59,482 nucleotides of DNA from Lysobacterales bacterium (GTDB lineage: Bacteria > Pseudomonadota > Gammaproteobacteria > Xanthomonadales > SZUA-5). The notes beneath the pieces are model-generated. The model worked only from the letters and a program-made list of their open reading frames with translations. It did not search any database and was not told the DNA's origin. The stretch's first letter is position 1. Each line of letters starts with the position of its first letter. Of this stretch, positions 47,491 through 57,595 are shown one piece after another. The stretch is taken from contig JALHMH010000029.1 in assembly GCA_022844165.1 (NCBI GenBank), positions 1 to 59,482 on the forward strand, read 5' to 3'. The translations under genes were made by a program, and so were the position numbers.

Positions 47491-48786
47491 TTAGAACTCG
47501 AAGCGCAGGCCAAGATCGAATTGCTGGGTATCGAGCCGGTCGTCGCCAAAGTTTTGCCGATAACTGGCAAAGCCGGCGATACCGTTGGCCCACTGCGCAC
47601 TCACGCCCAGCGCAACCGTTCCATAGCCATCGTCTTCGTCATCCGCGGCCATCAAGAACTGCAACGGACTCTGGCCCACGCTGGCAGATTGGTCACCCAA
47701 ATAACGGACGTTTGCGGCATCAGCGTCAAGACCAGAAACGTTGACCCAGGCGATGTCCAGGAACGGCTGGTACACGCCGTTCGCGCCGCTGATGACGTAG
47801 GACCCGCGGAAACCCGCCGAAAGCCGCGTAAAGTTTTCGTCCAATTCATCGACGACCACAGCCCAGCCGGCACCGTTGGCCTCCGGCGCTCGAGAACGTT
47901 CGGTGTACCCATCGGTGCTGGCATCGACTGCTTCGATACGCAGATAGGGATTCAGATTTAACGTGCCTCGATCGATCCGGAATCCAGCCGTCAACGCCAG
48001 CAATCGCTCATCGCTATCGAAATCGGCATCGAAACTCTGGTTGACGCCTGTGGTGCCGACCGAGTATGCAATCCGACGAACTTGCTTTGCATCGCTGCGA
48101 GTGAGTCCCGCTAACCCATCCAGATGGAACCCACCATCGCTTTGCCAGCCAGAATAAATGTGAAAGGCCGCATCGTCGACTTCCAAGGTGCCGGAGTCAT
48201 CGCTGTAGTCGGCGTCGCTGCGATGCACCGACACGGCGCCGCCGACATAAGCATTGGCACCCATGCGGCGGTCGACCCCGACCGTCACGCCGCGCGCATC
48301 GCGTTCGAATCCATCTTCGTTGGCACTCGCTTGCCGATCATCATTATCGAAGCGCAACTGTGCATAGGCCGACCACGGGCTCTCGCCAGCATCACTGCTC
48401 AGCGCCAGTGCAACGTCGTCCTCTTCGGTCCACAACGACCCCCACCCGGGCCCGGAGGATGCACCGGGCACTCGAATCGGCGTGAATTTGCCAAGCGCGG
48501 ATCGGTCGATGGGGATCGTAGCGTTGTCGGGGGTAATGCGGCTCAGCGCAGAAGCCACACCAGGCGCATTCTGGAATGCCGCGCCAACGAGCGCATTGCA
48601 GTCGCTTTGCAGCCGCGCGCTCAGTCGATTTCCGGCAGGGCACAATACGCCGATGGCGCGTGCCGATTCGCGTTGAGGTCCGGTAGCTGCGAACCGATTG
48701 AGCGTATCGATGACGGTACTCTGCGCAAGCGCCAACTCACCAAACAGTGCCGAACAAATCAAAAAAACCAGTGGCGATCTACGCAT
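47491..48786 (-). CDS. Autotransporter-type outer-membrane beta-barrel protein with very short passenger
   Basis: Signal peptide; amphipathic strands (GVTVGVDRR, LNPYLRIE, YTERS); C-terminal LGLRFEF. Confidence 0.82.
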   Translation of the reverse strand: MRRSPLVFLICSALFGELALAQSTVIDTLNRFAATGPQRESARAIGVLCPAGNRLSARLQSDCNALVGAAFQNAPGVASALSRITPDNATIPIDRSALGKFTPIRVPGASSGPGWGSLWTEEDDVALALSSDAGESPWSAYAQLRFDNDDRQASANEDGFERDARGVTVGVDRRMGANAYVGGAVSVHRSDADYSDDSGTLEVDDAAFHIYSGWQSDGGFHLDGLAGLTRSDAKQVRRIAYSVGTTGVNQSFDADFDSDERLLALTAGFRIDRGTLNLNPYLRIEAVDASTDGYTERSRAPEANGAGWAVVVDELDENFTRLSAGFRGSYVISGANGVYQPFLDIAWVNVSGLDADAANVRYLGDQSASVGQSPLQFLMAADDEDDGYGTVALGVSAQWANGIAGFASYRQNFGDDRLDTQQFDLGLRFEF

Positions 48787-48880
48787 TTTCTTCTCCAAAG
48801 TCGAGCTTAGCGTGCGGCGGAGCATTAGCGCTCTTGCATTGCTTTGCAACAGTAGACGTCAAACTGAGAGACTTTGCGAC

Positions 48881-50434
48881 ATGAAACTTGTACTCGAAGT
48901 CCTCAGCGGTCCGTCGCTTGCTGTGAAATGGCTGGAACTGGATCGATTGCGCATGCTTGGGCGAAGCCCTGAGTGCGACCTGGTTTTGCCGGATCCCGGC
49001 GTCTCCAGGCGCCACGCGAGCATCGAACCGCACGGCGAAGATCTGGCACTCGTCGACCTGGGCAGCCGAGCCGGAACGCTGGTGAACGACGCAGCGATTT
49101 CCGCAAACACCGTGCATATGCTCAGCGAACACGACCGACTGCGCATCGGCCCGTGGCGTTTCCGGGTACGTCGCGAAGAAGCCAAGGCAGCGACAACCGG
49201 CCCGGTTTCGCTGGGCTCGGTCACGCACATCGCGGCACCGATTCTGGCCGCCGAACGCCGCCTCGAGCTGATCGTCGAATTTTCTGCCCACACGGTGAAC
49301 GCCATCGACCGCGCAACTGTCGTCGAGCAGCTGGCCGACTTTGCGCAGCGCGGAACTGGCGCGCGCGTGGCCAGTGTGTTTCTCGACAACGACGGCGACT
49401 TACAGTTATCGGCATCCATGCCAGCAGCCGTGCCTGCGTTGGTACCGTTACAGGCACTGACCGGTGCCGCGCGGGACGGTGGCGTGGTGCAGGCCGATGT
49501 TGAATTGCCGGGCTTGGACGGCGTGCGTCCGATGCTGGTCGCAGCATTGCGCGTCGATAAAGACGTGCGCGGTTATCTGCTGATCGAACAGCTGCGCCCA
49601 GAACCGAGGCAACGCGCCGACGCTGCTGAGTTTGTTCATGCGCTTGTGCGCCTGGCGGGCATGACGCTGGGCAACGTACAGCGCCGCGAGGTAGAGCGCC
49701 GCGTCGAACGTTTGCATGCCGATCTCGATCAAGCGCGCGAAGTGCAACGGCGAATCCTGCCGCCCGCATCTGGCATTTGCGCCGGCACTCGTTATGCGTT
49801 TCACGTGCATCCGGGACGATTGGTGGCCGGCGACATGGTCGACGTGATTGCGCTCGATTCGCATCGCTGCGCGCTGATCCTGGGCGATATCGCTGGCGCA
49901 GGTGTCGGTGCCGGCTTCTTGATGTCGAGCGTGCAAGCCTATCTGCATGCCGAACTGATGGCCACGGGCGATCCTGCAATCGCTGCAATGCGCTGCAATC
50001 GTTACGTCAGCCGCGTCGGCGGAGGGCGATTTGCCACGGCCTGGATTGGCGTCATCGATGCGAGAACCCGTGAGATCCGCTTTGTCGATGCTGGTCACGG
50101 CCTGGGCAGAATCGTCGATGCTTTCGGCGTACCGCACGCACTTACGGCGCGCGGCGCCATTCCGATCGGCATCGATACCCACGTCGAATTCAGCAACGAG
50201 ACCCTGAATCTGGCTTCGGGTGAGCGCGTTGTCCTGTTCAGCGATGGCGTGTCTGAAATTCGGAACGCGAGTGGCGGCGTGTTTGCGCCGGACGAGCTGG
50301 ACCGTACCCTCAAACGATCTCGACAACCCGAATCGGATATCGCAGCCATCATTGCCGGCATGGAGATCTTCGCTGGCGGACAGATGCCGGGCGACGATGC
50401 CTCAGTGCTGTCATTCGATGTTGCCGAAGGCTGA
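48881..50434 (+). CDS. FHA + GAF-like + SpoIIE/PP2C protein phosphatase
   Basis: LGRSPECDLVL..VSRRHA..DLGSRAGT (FHA); VAGDMVD, LGDIAGAG, DAGH, FSDGVSE, DDAS (SpoIIE). Confidence 0.88.
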   Translation: MKLVLEVLSGPSLAVKWLELDRLRMLGRSPECDLVLPDPGVSRRHASIEPHGEDLALVDLGSRAGTLVNDAAISANTVHMLSEHDRLRIGPWRFRVRREEAKAATTGPVSLGSVTHIAAPILAAERRLELIVEFSAHTVNAIDRATVVEQLADFAQRGTGARVASVFLDNDGDLQLSASMPAAVPALVPLQALTGAARDGGVVQADVELPGLDGVRPMLVAALRVDKDVRGYLLIEQLRPEPRQRADAAEFVHALVRLAGMTLGNVQRREVERRVERLHADLDQAREVQRRILPPASGICAGTRYAFHVHPGRLVAGDMVDVIALDSHRCALILGDIAGAGVGAGFLMSSVQAYLHAELMATGDPAIAAMRCNRYVSRVGGGRFATAWIGVIDARTREIRFVDAGHGLGRIVDAFGVPHALTARGAIPIGIDTHVEFSNETLNLASGERVVLFSDGVSEIRNASGGVFAPDELDRTLKRSRQPESDIAAIIAGMEIFAGGQMPGDDASVLSFDVAEG

Positions 50435-50529
50435 ACATTTTCCAGGGCTTGGGTGAGATTCACCCATGGTTCGGCTGCAATCTCCTATCAATACCGCGTG
50501 TTCTCACCGTTATCTAAGGATCGAGTCTT

Positions 50530-51396
50530 ATGCGTCTTGTGCTGCTGAGTCTTTTGCTGCTGTCCGGCGGTGTTTTCGCCAGCGAAACGATCGATACGAA
50601 TGACGTAACGGACTTGATGGCCAGGGGCAAAATGGAAGCCGCATATGAGGCGGCGCAAGCGTGGACGGAGCGCGCGCCGAACGATGCTGACGCTGCTTAT
50701 TGGGCCGGCGCCACGGCGGGTCGCATGGCGATGCAGGCCAGCATGTTCAGCGCCATGGGCTACGCCAAAGAGTCGCGGACCGGGTTCGAGCGCGCCCTGG
50801 AGATCAACCCCGCCCATGAGGATGCCGCATTTGCGCTGATGCAGTTTCACCAGATGGCGCCCGGCATCGTCGGTGGCGACAAGGACCAGGCGCAGACGAT
50901 CGGCGATCGTTTGATCGCAGCGTCGCCGTTGACCGGACATTTTGTGCGTGTGCAACGCTACAGCCGCGCCAAAGAGCCCGAGAAAGCGCTGGCCGAACAG
51001 GCCAGCGCTCTGAAGTTGTCGCCAGCTCACCCCAGGGGCATCGGCTTTATGGTGGGCTATTACCTGGAAAAGAAAGACTTCGCCAGCGCCAAATCGTATC
51101 TTGACGCGGCGCTTGCAGCCGACCCGGACAGCAGCGTCGTGCAGTACCAGGTCGGTAAGTTTGCGGCGATGACGGGGGAGAATCTGGACACTGGGCTGGC
51201 GGCAATCGAAAAATTGATCGCGCTTAGCCAGTACCCAGAAGGATTCTCGCTTTCCGGAGCACACTGGCGCCGCGGTCAAATCCTGAAAGCGATGGGACGC
51301 AAGAGCGAAGCCATGGCAGCGCTCGAAGCGAGCCTGAAAATCGAACCAGAATCAAAGCCCGTCAAAGACGAACTCAAGGCGTTGAAAAGCGCCTGA
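50530..51396 (+). CDS. Exported tetratricopeptide-repeat protein
   Basis: Signal peptide; FERALEINP, APGIVGGDKDQA, ALEASLKIEP TPR-like helices. Confidence 0.8.
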   Translation: MRLVLLSLLLLSGGVFASETIDTNDVTDLMARGKMEAAYEAAQAWTERAPNDADAAYWAGATAGRMAMQASMFSAMGYAKESRTGFERALEINPAHEDAAFALMQFHQMAPGIVGGDKDQAQTIGDRLIAASPLTGHFVRVQRYSRAKEPEKALAEQASALKLSPAHPRGIGFMVGYYLEKKDFASAKSYLDAALAADPDSSVVQYQVGKFAAMTGENLDTGLAAIEKLIALSQYPEGFSLSGAHWRRGQILKAMGRKSEAMAALEASLKIEPESKPVKDELKALKSA

Positions 51397-51402
51397 TTCT
51401 AA

Positions 51403-52119
51403 ATGGGGCTGGCGCACCTTCCGCTCGATCGCACGGACCAATTTCCGCCGATCGAGTGCGCGCGGCAAGATTTGAATGGACTGCTGGCGATCGGCGGCGA
51501 TTTATCGCCGCAACGACTGGTGGGTGCCTATACGCGCGGCATTTTTCCCTGGTTTTCGAAAGGTGAGCCGATCGCCTGGTATGCACCTGCCCCGCGCATG
51601 GTGTTGTTCCCCGGCCAGTTTGCAGCGACACGCAGTCTCGCCAAGCGGCGACGCAACAGCGGCCTCATCGTTGGCTGCGATCGTGCTTTCCTTCCCGTCA
51701 TACATGCTTGCAGCACCATGCCCCGCAACGGCCAGAATGGCACCTGGATCACCCGCGAAATGATGGTTGCATACTGTCGTATGCACCGGCTCGGTTACGC
51801 GCACAGCGTGGAAGTCTGGCAAGGCCGCACGCTGGTCGGCGGTTTGTATGGTCTGTATTTTGGCCGGATGTTCTTCGGCGAATCCATGTTCAGCCACGTC
51901 CCAGACGCCTCGAAACTGGCGCTCTGGGCACTGAGCGAGGCGCTGGAACCGGCCGTCGGCGCCGTCATTGACTGCCAGTTGCACACAGAACACCTTCAAT
52001 CGCTGGGTGCGCGTCTGATCGATCGAAGTGAATTCGACCGGCAACGGCGCACAGCATTGGCCCAGCCAGCCCCATGGCCGGCAGATGCACTACGCGACTT
52101 TTCTGCAAAGCGTTTCTGA
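51403..52119 (+). CDS. aat: Leucyl/phenylalanyl-tRNA--protein transferase
   Basis: GLLAIGGDLSP, AYTRGIFPW, GTWIT, AHSVEVW, LVGGLYG, FFGESMFS, IDCQ. Confidence 0.96.
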   Translation: MGLAHLPLDRTDQFPPIECARQDLNGLLAIGGDLSPQRLVGAYTRGIFPWFSKGEPIAWYAPAPRMVLFPGQFAATRSLAKRRRNSGLIVGCDRAFLPVIHACSTMPRNGQNGTWITREMMVAYCRMHRLGYAHSVEVWQGRTLVGGLYGLYFGRMFFGESMFSHVPDASKLALWALSEALEPAVGAVIDCQLHTEHLQSLGARLIDRSEFDRQRRTALAQPAPWPADALRDFSAKRF

Positions 52120-52228
52120 ATGACCGGCCAGGGCCGGCGACGATGCGTGATTGATTTCGCCCCACTACACCTTACAGTCACTTTGCGGTTAGCATCCTTC
52201 CCACTCCGACTCACAGCGAGGAAAAGCC

Positions 52229-52888
52229 ATGGCCAATGCCATACCGATGACCCGCAGCGAAGTCGCTGCGTTCGAAACCACCAAGACCATCCGCAACGCG
52301 TATTTGTTGCTGACGATGATCATGGGTGTCAGTGCCGCAACCGCGTGGTACGCGATCAGCAGCGGCGCCGGCATGATCAATATCTGGGTATTCCTGGCAT
52401 TCATGATCGGCATGCCGTTCTTGATCCAGATGACCCGCAACAGCCCTCTTGGACTGGTGATGGCCTTTGCCTATGCGGGTCTGCTGGGCTACTTCCTTGG
52501 GCCCGTCGTTGGCGTCTACCTGCAAATGGATTCCAACATCGTTGTATACGCGCTGGCCTCCACAGCGGTGATCTTTTTCGCATTAAGCGGTTACGCGCTG
52601 GTGTCGCGCACGAATTTCAACTTCCTCGCCGGTTTTGTGTTTGTCGGCTTCCTGGTGATTCTGGTCGCTGCCATTGCGAACATCTTCCTGCAAATTCCGA
52701 TTTTGAGCGTGGTCATTTCCGCAGCCGCCGTGTTGCTGATCTCGGCCGCCATCCTGTGGGAAACCAGTCAGCTGATCCACGATCCGGATGCCAACTACAT
52801 TGTCATCGCCACCAGCCTGATGGCCAGCATCTGGGTGTTGTTTATGCACCTGATGCGTCTGTTCTCCTTCTTCGGCGGCGAAGACTGA
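52229..52888 (+). CDS. yccA: Bax inhibitor-1/YccA family membrane protein
   Basis: IRNAYLLL, LGP....Y, FFALSGYA, ILWET..I..NYI; about seven hydrophobic segments. Confidence 0.85.
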   Translation: MANAIPMTRSEVAAFETTKTIRNAYLLLTMIMGVSAATAWYAISSGAGMINIWVFLAFMIGMPFLIQMTRNSPLGLVMAFAYAGLLGYFLGPVVGVYLQMDSNIVVYALASTAVIFFALSGYALVSRTNFNFLAGFVFVGFLVILVAAIANIFLQIPILSVVISAAAVLLISAAILWETSQLIHDPDANYIVIATSLMASIWVLFMHLMRLFSFFGGED

Positions 52889-52897
52889 GCGCACTAG

Positions 52898-53049
52898 CAC
52901 GTTGTTGAGAAACACACTTCCTGTGCGTTTCTCAAGTCGCGAGTCCGGCGCATGTCCGGACTCGCTCTCCACGGATCAAGCGCTTACGTGCTCGCCCCAT
53001 GTGAGAACCATCCATGGTTCGCGCCCGCAGGCTGTTTCTCAACAGCCTG
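52898..53049. mobile_element. MITE-like repeat family A, copy 2 (152 bp)
   Basis: Preceded by CTAG; same TIR and internal sequence as 25019-25170. Confidence 0.8.
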
Positions 53050-53051
53050 CC

Positions 53052-53295
53052 ACAGTCCTTGACGGAGCGGGATCTGGACAAATGAGTCTGTTTCTTCAAA
53101 GCGGCTTTGGCTCTTGGAGCCCCGTTGAGTACAAGGGGGATAAGGACCGGCGCTTACGCCGATAGGCGTGTGCCAATCCGAACGACCGGCGGCCTTGCCG
53201 CCGGGCCGGAGATGCGCGAAGCGCGCGGAGTTGTGGCAAGTGCGCTGCCAAGCGAAGCCAACAATGCTCGGCGGTCTGAGGCGAAGCCTCGCTAG
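53052..53295 (+). repeat. Repeat family B, longest copy (about 245 bp)
   Basis: Starts AGTCCTTGACGGAGCGGGATC, ends GAGGCGAAGCCTCGCTAG; sub-segments match the copies at 25562, 34913, 40609 and 40757. Confidence 0.82.
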
Positions 53296-53310
53296 CTTTG
53301 ACCTACCCAA

Positions 53311-53338
53311 AGAGGCCGCGACACGCGGCCTCTCTTTT
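53311..53338 (+). terminator. Rho-independent terminator
   Basis: AGAGGCCGCG-ACA-CGCGGCCTCT stem-loop followed by CTTTT. Confidence 0.65.
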
Positions 53339-53404
53339 GCGCAACTCAACACACCTTAATTCGCCGCTACACGTTGCAGGTCTCAAGATTGCTATCGTGT
53401 TGCG

Positions 53405-53872
53405 ATGATCGTGCGCGCCCTCCTGATCCTGATATGGCTGACTTCGACGCTGTCACTGGCAGCGCCCGTGACAGCTGCGGATGATTCCCCCGATCTTTAC
53501 GCACAACTTGAGGACATCGCCGGTGAGGACATCGAAAAGGCCAGCTATTACCGCCTGATGTTCTGGAAAGCGCTGGACGAACGGACACTGATTTTATGGC
53601 TGGGCCGTGAAGAGCCGTACCTCGTGAACCTTCGCGAGTTCTGCTACAACCTGACGCGCGAAGATCGGGTTTCGCTGTCGAATTACATCAGGCCAGGGCG
53701 CAACGTCGTGCGTGCCCGCTGGGATTACGTGCTGACGCGGGAACATCGCTGCCGCATCGTGCGGCTTCGACCTCTGGATTTGGGAAAAATGTACGCGATG
53801 GGCATGGACTTGGCATCGATGCGCAGCCGTCGACGCGAGGAGGAGAAGAGCGATGCGGTTACTGATCGTTGA
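53405..53872 (+). CDS. Exported protein, DUF6491-like
   Basis: Signal peptide; W.ALD..L..W....PYL..L...C..L...CRI..LRP pattern. Confidence 0.65.
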   Translation: MIVRALLILIWLTSTLSLAAPVTAADDSPDLYAQLEDIAGEDIEKASYYRLMFWKALDERTLILWLGREEPYLVNLREFCYNLTREDRVSLSNYIRPGRNVVRARWDYVLTREHRCRIVRLRPLDLGKMYAMGMDLASMRSRRREEEKSDAVTDR

Positions 53873-54545
53873 AGACGACCGCCACACCCGGGAATTCGTC
53901 GAACGCGCGCTGCGCGAAGCGGGCCATACCGTCGATGCGGTCGGCGACGGTCGCCAAGGCCTGATCCTCGCGACCAGTGAACCTTTCGAACTATTGATTC
54001 TCGATCGGATGTTGCCGAATGTGGATGGCCTGACCATCGTGCGCACGCTGCGTGCCAGCCACATCGATACGCCAGTCTTGATCTTGAGTGCGCTGGGCGA
54101 CGTTGATGACCGCGTCGCCGGGCTGCGCGCTGGCGGCGACGACTACCTAGTCAAACCATTCGCACTCAGCGAGTTGTTGGCGCGCGTCGACGTGCTCGGG
54201 CGACGCCCGCGTGGCGGCAATGCGGCCTCCGCCGAACCGATGCACCTGCGTGTCGCCGACATCGAACTCGACCGGTTGAAACGCAACGTCCGGCGCGGCG
54301 CCCGCAAGATCGACCTGCAGCCCAAAGAGTTCCAACTGCTGGAGTACCTCATGCGCCACGCAGGCCAGGTGATTACCAGAACCATGCTGTTGGAAGGCGT
54401 TTGGGACTATCACTTCGATCCGAAAACCAATGTCATCGATGTGCATATTTCCAACCTGCGCGGCAAAGTCGACCACACCGGCGAACCGCCACTGATCCAC
54501 ACCGTTCGAGGCATCGGCTATCGCTTCGGCATTGATGCTTCATGA
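53853..54545 (+). CDS. OmpR/PhoB-family response regulator
   Basis: LIVEDD, LDRMLP, GGDDYLVKPF, EFQLLEYL, NVIDVHISNLR, IHTVRGIGY. Confidence 0.95.
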   Translation: MRLLIVEDDRHTREFVERALREAGHTVDAVGDGRQGLILATSEPFELLILDRMLPNVDGLTIVRTLRASHIDTPVLILSALGDVDDRVAGLRAGGDDYLVKPFALSELLARVDVLGRRPRGGNAASAEPMHLRVADIELDRLKRNVRRGARKIDLQPKEFQLLEYLMRHAGQVITRTMLLEGVWDYHFDPKTNVIDVHISNLRGKVDHTGEPPLIHTVRGIGYRFGIDAS

Positions 54546-55858
54546 AACGTCGCGGCGCCCTGTTCCGGTTCGCCGTAGGCGTGCCGCTGCTGGGGGCGCT
54601 CATCGCGGGCGCTCTTTTTGTTCCCATCTACCGCGAAGCCGTCAGTCATATCCGTAGCGAGTTGCGCGCGAGTGTCGAACGCGACAGTTGGGATCTGGAA
54701 GTCGAATTCCACGAGGGTGGTCTTGGCGGCTTGAAAGATGCCATCGCCAAACGCACAGAGCGCGACCTGGATCCCCGCGCGATTTATGGTCTGCGCGACG
54801 GCAGCGGAATCCTCGCGGGAAATGTCGCCAACTGGCCGTCGACAAAAAAGGGCGAGGAATGGCGCGTGTTCGAGCTCGTCGATGGCAGCGCCGAAGGCCA
54901 GATCGTGCGCTTGTTCGGCGGCCGGGAACTGCTGGTGGCGAGGCGCTCGCCGTTGCAACTATTCGACCAGCATATGGCAACGCAACTGGCGCTCGCAGTG
55001 CTCGCAGTGTTCACCCTGTCGTTTGGCGCCACGCTCTTGATGTCTCGCCGGCTGCGACAACGCGTGCGGCGTCTCGGCCTTGCGGCTGATGCGATCCGCC
55101 AGGGAGATCTGGGACGGCGCCTTGAGCTGTCTTCTGCGCGCGACGAGATCGATGGTCTCGCGGAGCGATTCAACCAGACGTTTGCCGATCTTGAGCGAAC
55201 CGTCGATGGCATCAAACAAGTCGGTGGTCATCTGGCTCACGATCTACGGCGGCCATTACAGGCACTGAAGCGAAGGCTCGAGTCTTTGTTGCAAAGCGCA
55301 CCCGATTCGGCCACAGAAACCGGCCTGATGGAGTGCATACATGAGCTGGACGAACTGTTGGAGACCTTCAGTGCTCTGCTCCGCCTGGGGAAACTTGAGG
55401 CCGGTGGTTATGCGCTGCACCTCGAACATATTGACCTGGCCAAAGTCATCAGCGACGCCGTGGAGTTTCTGGCGCCCCTTGCCGAACAAAGCGGCAGGAC
55501 ACTGAACGCAAATCTTGCTTCGGTGCCCTATGAAGGCGACCGCCACCTTTGGTTTCAGTTGGCGCAAAACCTCATCGGCAACGCCATTACGCACGGTGCG
55601 GGCGACATCCAGATCGAACTCGACGCCGACGAACTCACGGTGCGCGATCATGGGCCGAATCTTGACGTCGGTACGCTGCTGCAAATGGGCCAACCCTATT
55701 TTCGCGCCGACCGCGCGCGATCGTCGCCCGGCATCGGCATCGGCATGGCCCTCGCGCGTGCGATCGCCGAGGCCCACGGTGGCGAGATGCTCTGCGAGAA
55801 CGCCGATACGGGGTTGCGCGTACGCGTTCGCTTGCGTGCTCCCGTCGCGAACCGTTGA
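54542..55858 (+). CDS. HAMP-domain sensor histidine kinase
   Basis: Two TM segments, HAMP (DEIDGLAERFN), LAHDLRRPL, NLIGNA, GIGIG. Confidence 0.9.
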   Translation: MKRRGALFRFAVGVPLLGALIAGALFVPIYREAVSHIRSELRASVERDSWDLEVEFHEGGLGGLKDAIAKRTERDLDPRAIYGLRDGSGILAGNVANWPSTKKGEEWRVFELVDGSAEGQIVRLFGGRELLVARRSPLQLFDQHMATQLALAVLAVFTLSFGATLLMSRRLRQRVRRLGLAADAIRQGDLGRRLELSSARDEIDGLAERFNQTFADLERTVDGIKQVGGHLAHDLRRPLQALKRRLESLLQSAPDSATETGLMECIHELDELLETFSALLRLGKLEAGGYALHLEHIDLAKVISDAVEFLAPLAEQSGRTLNANLASVPYEGDRHLWFQLAQNLIGNAITHGAGDIQIELDADELTVRDHGPNLDVGTLLQMGQPYFRADRARSSPGIGIGMALARAIAEAHGGEMLCENADTGLRVRVRLRAPVANR

Positions 55859-55876
55859 CGAGGCAGTTGACCAGCC

Positions 55877-56815
55877 TCAAAAGCGCAGCGCATCGAAATC
55901 GACATTACCGCCCGAGAGCAACACGCCCACGCGCCGGCCGCTGAACTGCGCCGGATATTTGAGTATTGCCGCGAGTACCGTGGCGCAACTGGGTTCGATC
56001 ACGATCTTCAGGCGCTCCATGATCATGCGCAGCGCGCGCAGCGTTTCGTCGTCGCTGACTGTGAGGATGCATGCGCGACAGCGTTGCAGGATGTCGAAGT
56101 TCAGACGGCCGATATCGGCGCGCAGACCATCGCTGATCGTGTGAACTGAAACGTTCTTCAGCGGCTTGCCCGCCGCAAAACTGCGCGCCGCATCATCCGC
56201 ACCTTGTGGTTCGGCGCCGATGATTTGCGCACCTGGGCACAAGCCGGTGACGGCAACGGCATTGCCCGCGAGCAATCCTCCCCCACTGATGGGCGCGACG
56301 AACACATCGATGTGACCCACCTCGCGGATCAACTCGAGCGCTGCCGTACCCTGCCCCGCCATGACCTGCTCGTTCTCGAACGGATGAATAAAACTGGCGC
56401 CCGTTTCGGCGACAACGCGATTGAGCGTCTCGATGCGCGCCGTATGGTTGTCGGCACAAAAGACGATTCTGGCGCCCAGGCGCTGCACCGATTCGATTTT
56501 CACGCGCACGGTATTTTCCGGCATTACCACGGTGGCATCGATGCCACGCAAGCGCGCAGCAAGTGCCAGCGCCGCAGCATGATTTCCACTGGAATGTGTG
56601 GCGACACCGCGCGCCGCGTCGGCATCAGTTAATGCAAATATTGCGTTGCAAGCGCCGCGAAATTTGAAGGCGCCGATGCGCTGAAAATTCTCGCATTTGA
56701 ACAGCAGCTCAGCGCCACTGTCTGCATTCAGGCTTCGCGAGGACAGCACGGGCGTCTTGTGCGCATAGGGCGCGATGCGCGCTGCGGCTCGCCAGATGTC
56801 GTCTAAGGTAGGCAT
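55877..56815 (-). CDS. PLP-dependent serine/threonine dehydratase or serine racemase-like enzyme
   Basis: FKCENFQRIGAFKFRGA, HSSGNHA, HPF..AGQGT, SGGGLL, LSGGNVD; GGAG RBS before ATG 56815. Confidence 0.92.
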   Translation of the reverse strand: MPTLDDIWRAAARIAPYAHKTPVLSSRSLNADSGAELLFKCENFQRIGAFKFRGACNAIFALTDADAARGVATHSSGNHAAALALAARLRGIDATVVMPENTVRVKIESVQRLGARIVFCADNHTARIETLNRVVAETGASFIHPFENEQVMAGQGTAALELIREVGHIDVFVAPISGGGLLAGNAVAVTGLCPGAQIIGAEPQGADDAARSFAAGKPLKNVSVHTISDGLRADIGRLNFDILQRCRACILTVSDDETLRALRMIMERLKIVIEPSCATVLAAILKYPAQFSGRRVGVLLSGGNVDFDALRF

Positions 56816-57031
56816 CGTTCTCCGCCAATGGATCGATTCGGCGCATGATGAACCATCCGAGTGCGCGTTGCAGTGCCGCAAGTCCGATCTGCAACACGCG
56901 CTCATCATCTCGCTGCGATGATCCGCTCACATAGGTCAATGCCGCACATACACGCCGGACACGCGACTCGCATGTCTGATCACCGAGACTGTTTTTACGG
57001 CGCAATGTCGCGCCTCAATCGGAGATCCGTA

Positions 57032-57520
57032 ATGAAAACTTTGGCCCTCTTCTGTGCGGCAGCCTTGGCCTTTACTCCCATCGCTTTTGCCGACAACCAT
57101 GCAAAGCCGACGCAAAACGTGGTGCAAATCGCCGCCAGCAACCCAGACTTTTCGACCCTTGTGACAGCCGTCAAGGCGGCCGGTCTGGCAGAGACTCTGA
57201 GCGGGACCGGCCCGTTTACGGTGTTCGCGCCGACCAACGATGCCTTCGCCAAGCTCCCAGCAGGAACTGTCGAGAATCTACTCAAACCGGAGAACCAGGA
57301 TCAGCTGGTCAAAATCCTGACCTACCACGTCGTCGCAGCGAAGGTGACCGCCGCTGACGTGGTGAAACTGGATACCGCGACCACCGTGCAGGGCGGTGTG
57401 GCAGATGTCACCGTGTCGGACGGCAAAGTCATGATCGACAACGCCAACGTGGTTCAGACCGACATCATGGGCAGCAACGGCGTGATCCACGTGATCGACA
57501 GCGTCATCATGCCGAAGTAA
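57032..57520 (+). CDS. Fasciclin (FAS1) domain protein
   Basis: Signal peptide; [44 protein letters not shown]. Confidence 0.93.
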   Translation: MKTLALFCAAALAFTPIAFADNHAKPTQNVVQIAASNPDFSTLVTAVKAAGLAETLSGTGPFTVFAPTNDAFAKLPAGTVENLLKPENQDQLVKILTYHVVAAKVTAADVVKLDTATTVQGGVADVTVSDGKVMIDNANVVQTDIMGSNGVIHVIDSVIMPK

Positions 57521-57595
57521 TGTGATTGGATCACCAGCGCGCGGCAATCGTGCCGCGCGCCAGGTGTGTGGACGTGGACCCGCCGCAACAACGCA

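Noticed and set aside
55630-55760. Degenerate G1 box (DHGPNL) suggesting a pseudokinase
   Set aside because: The H, N, F and G2 boxes are present; a single substitution is not enough to call it inactive.
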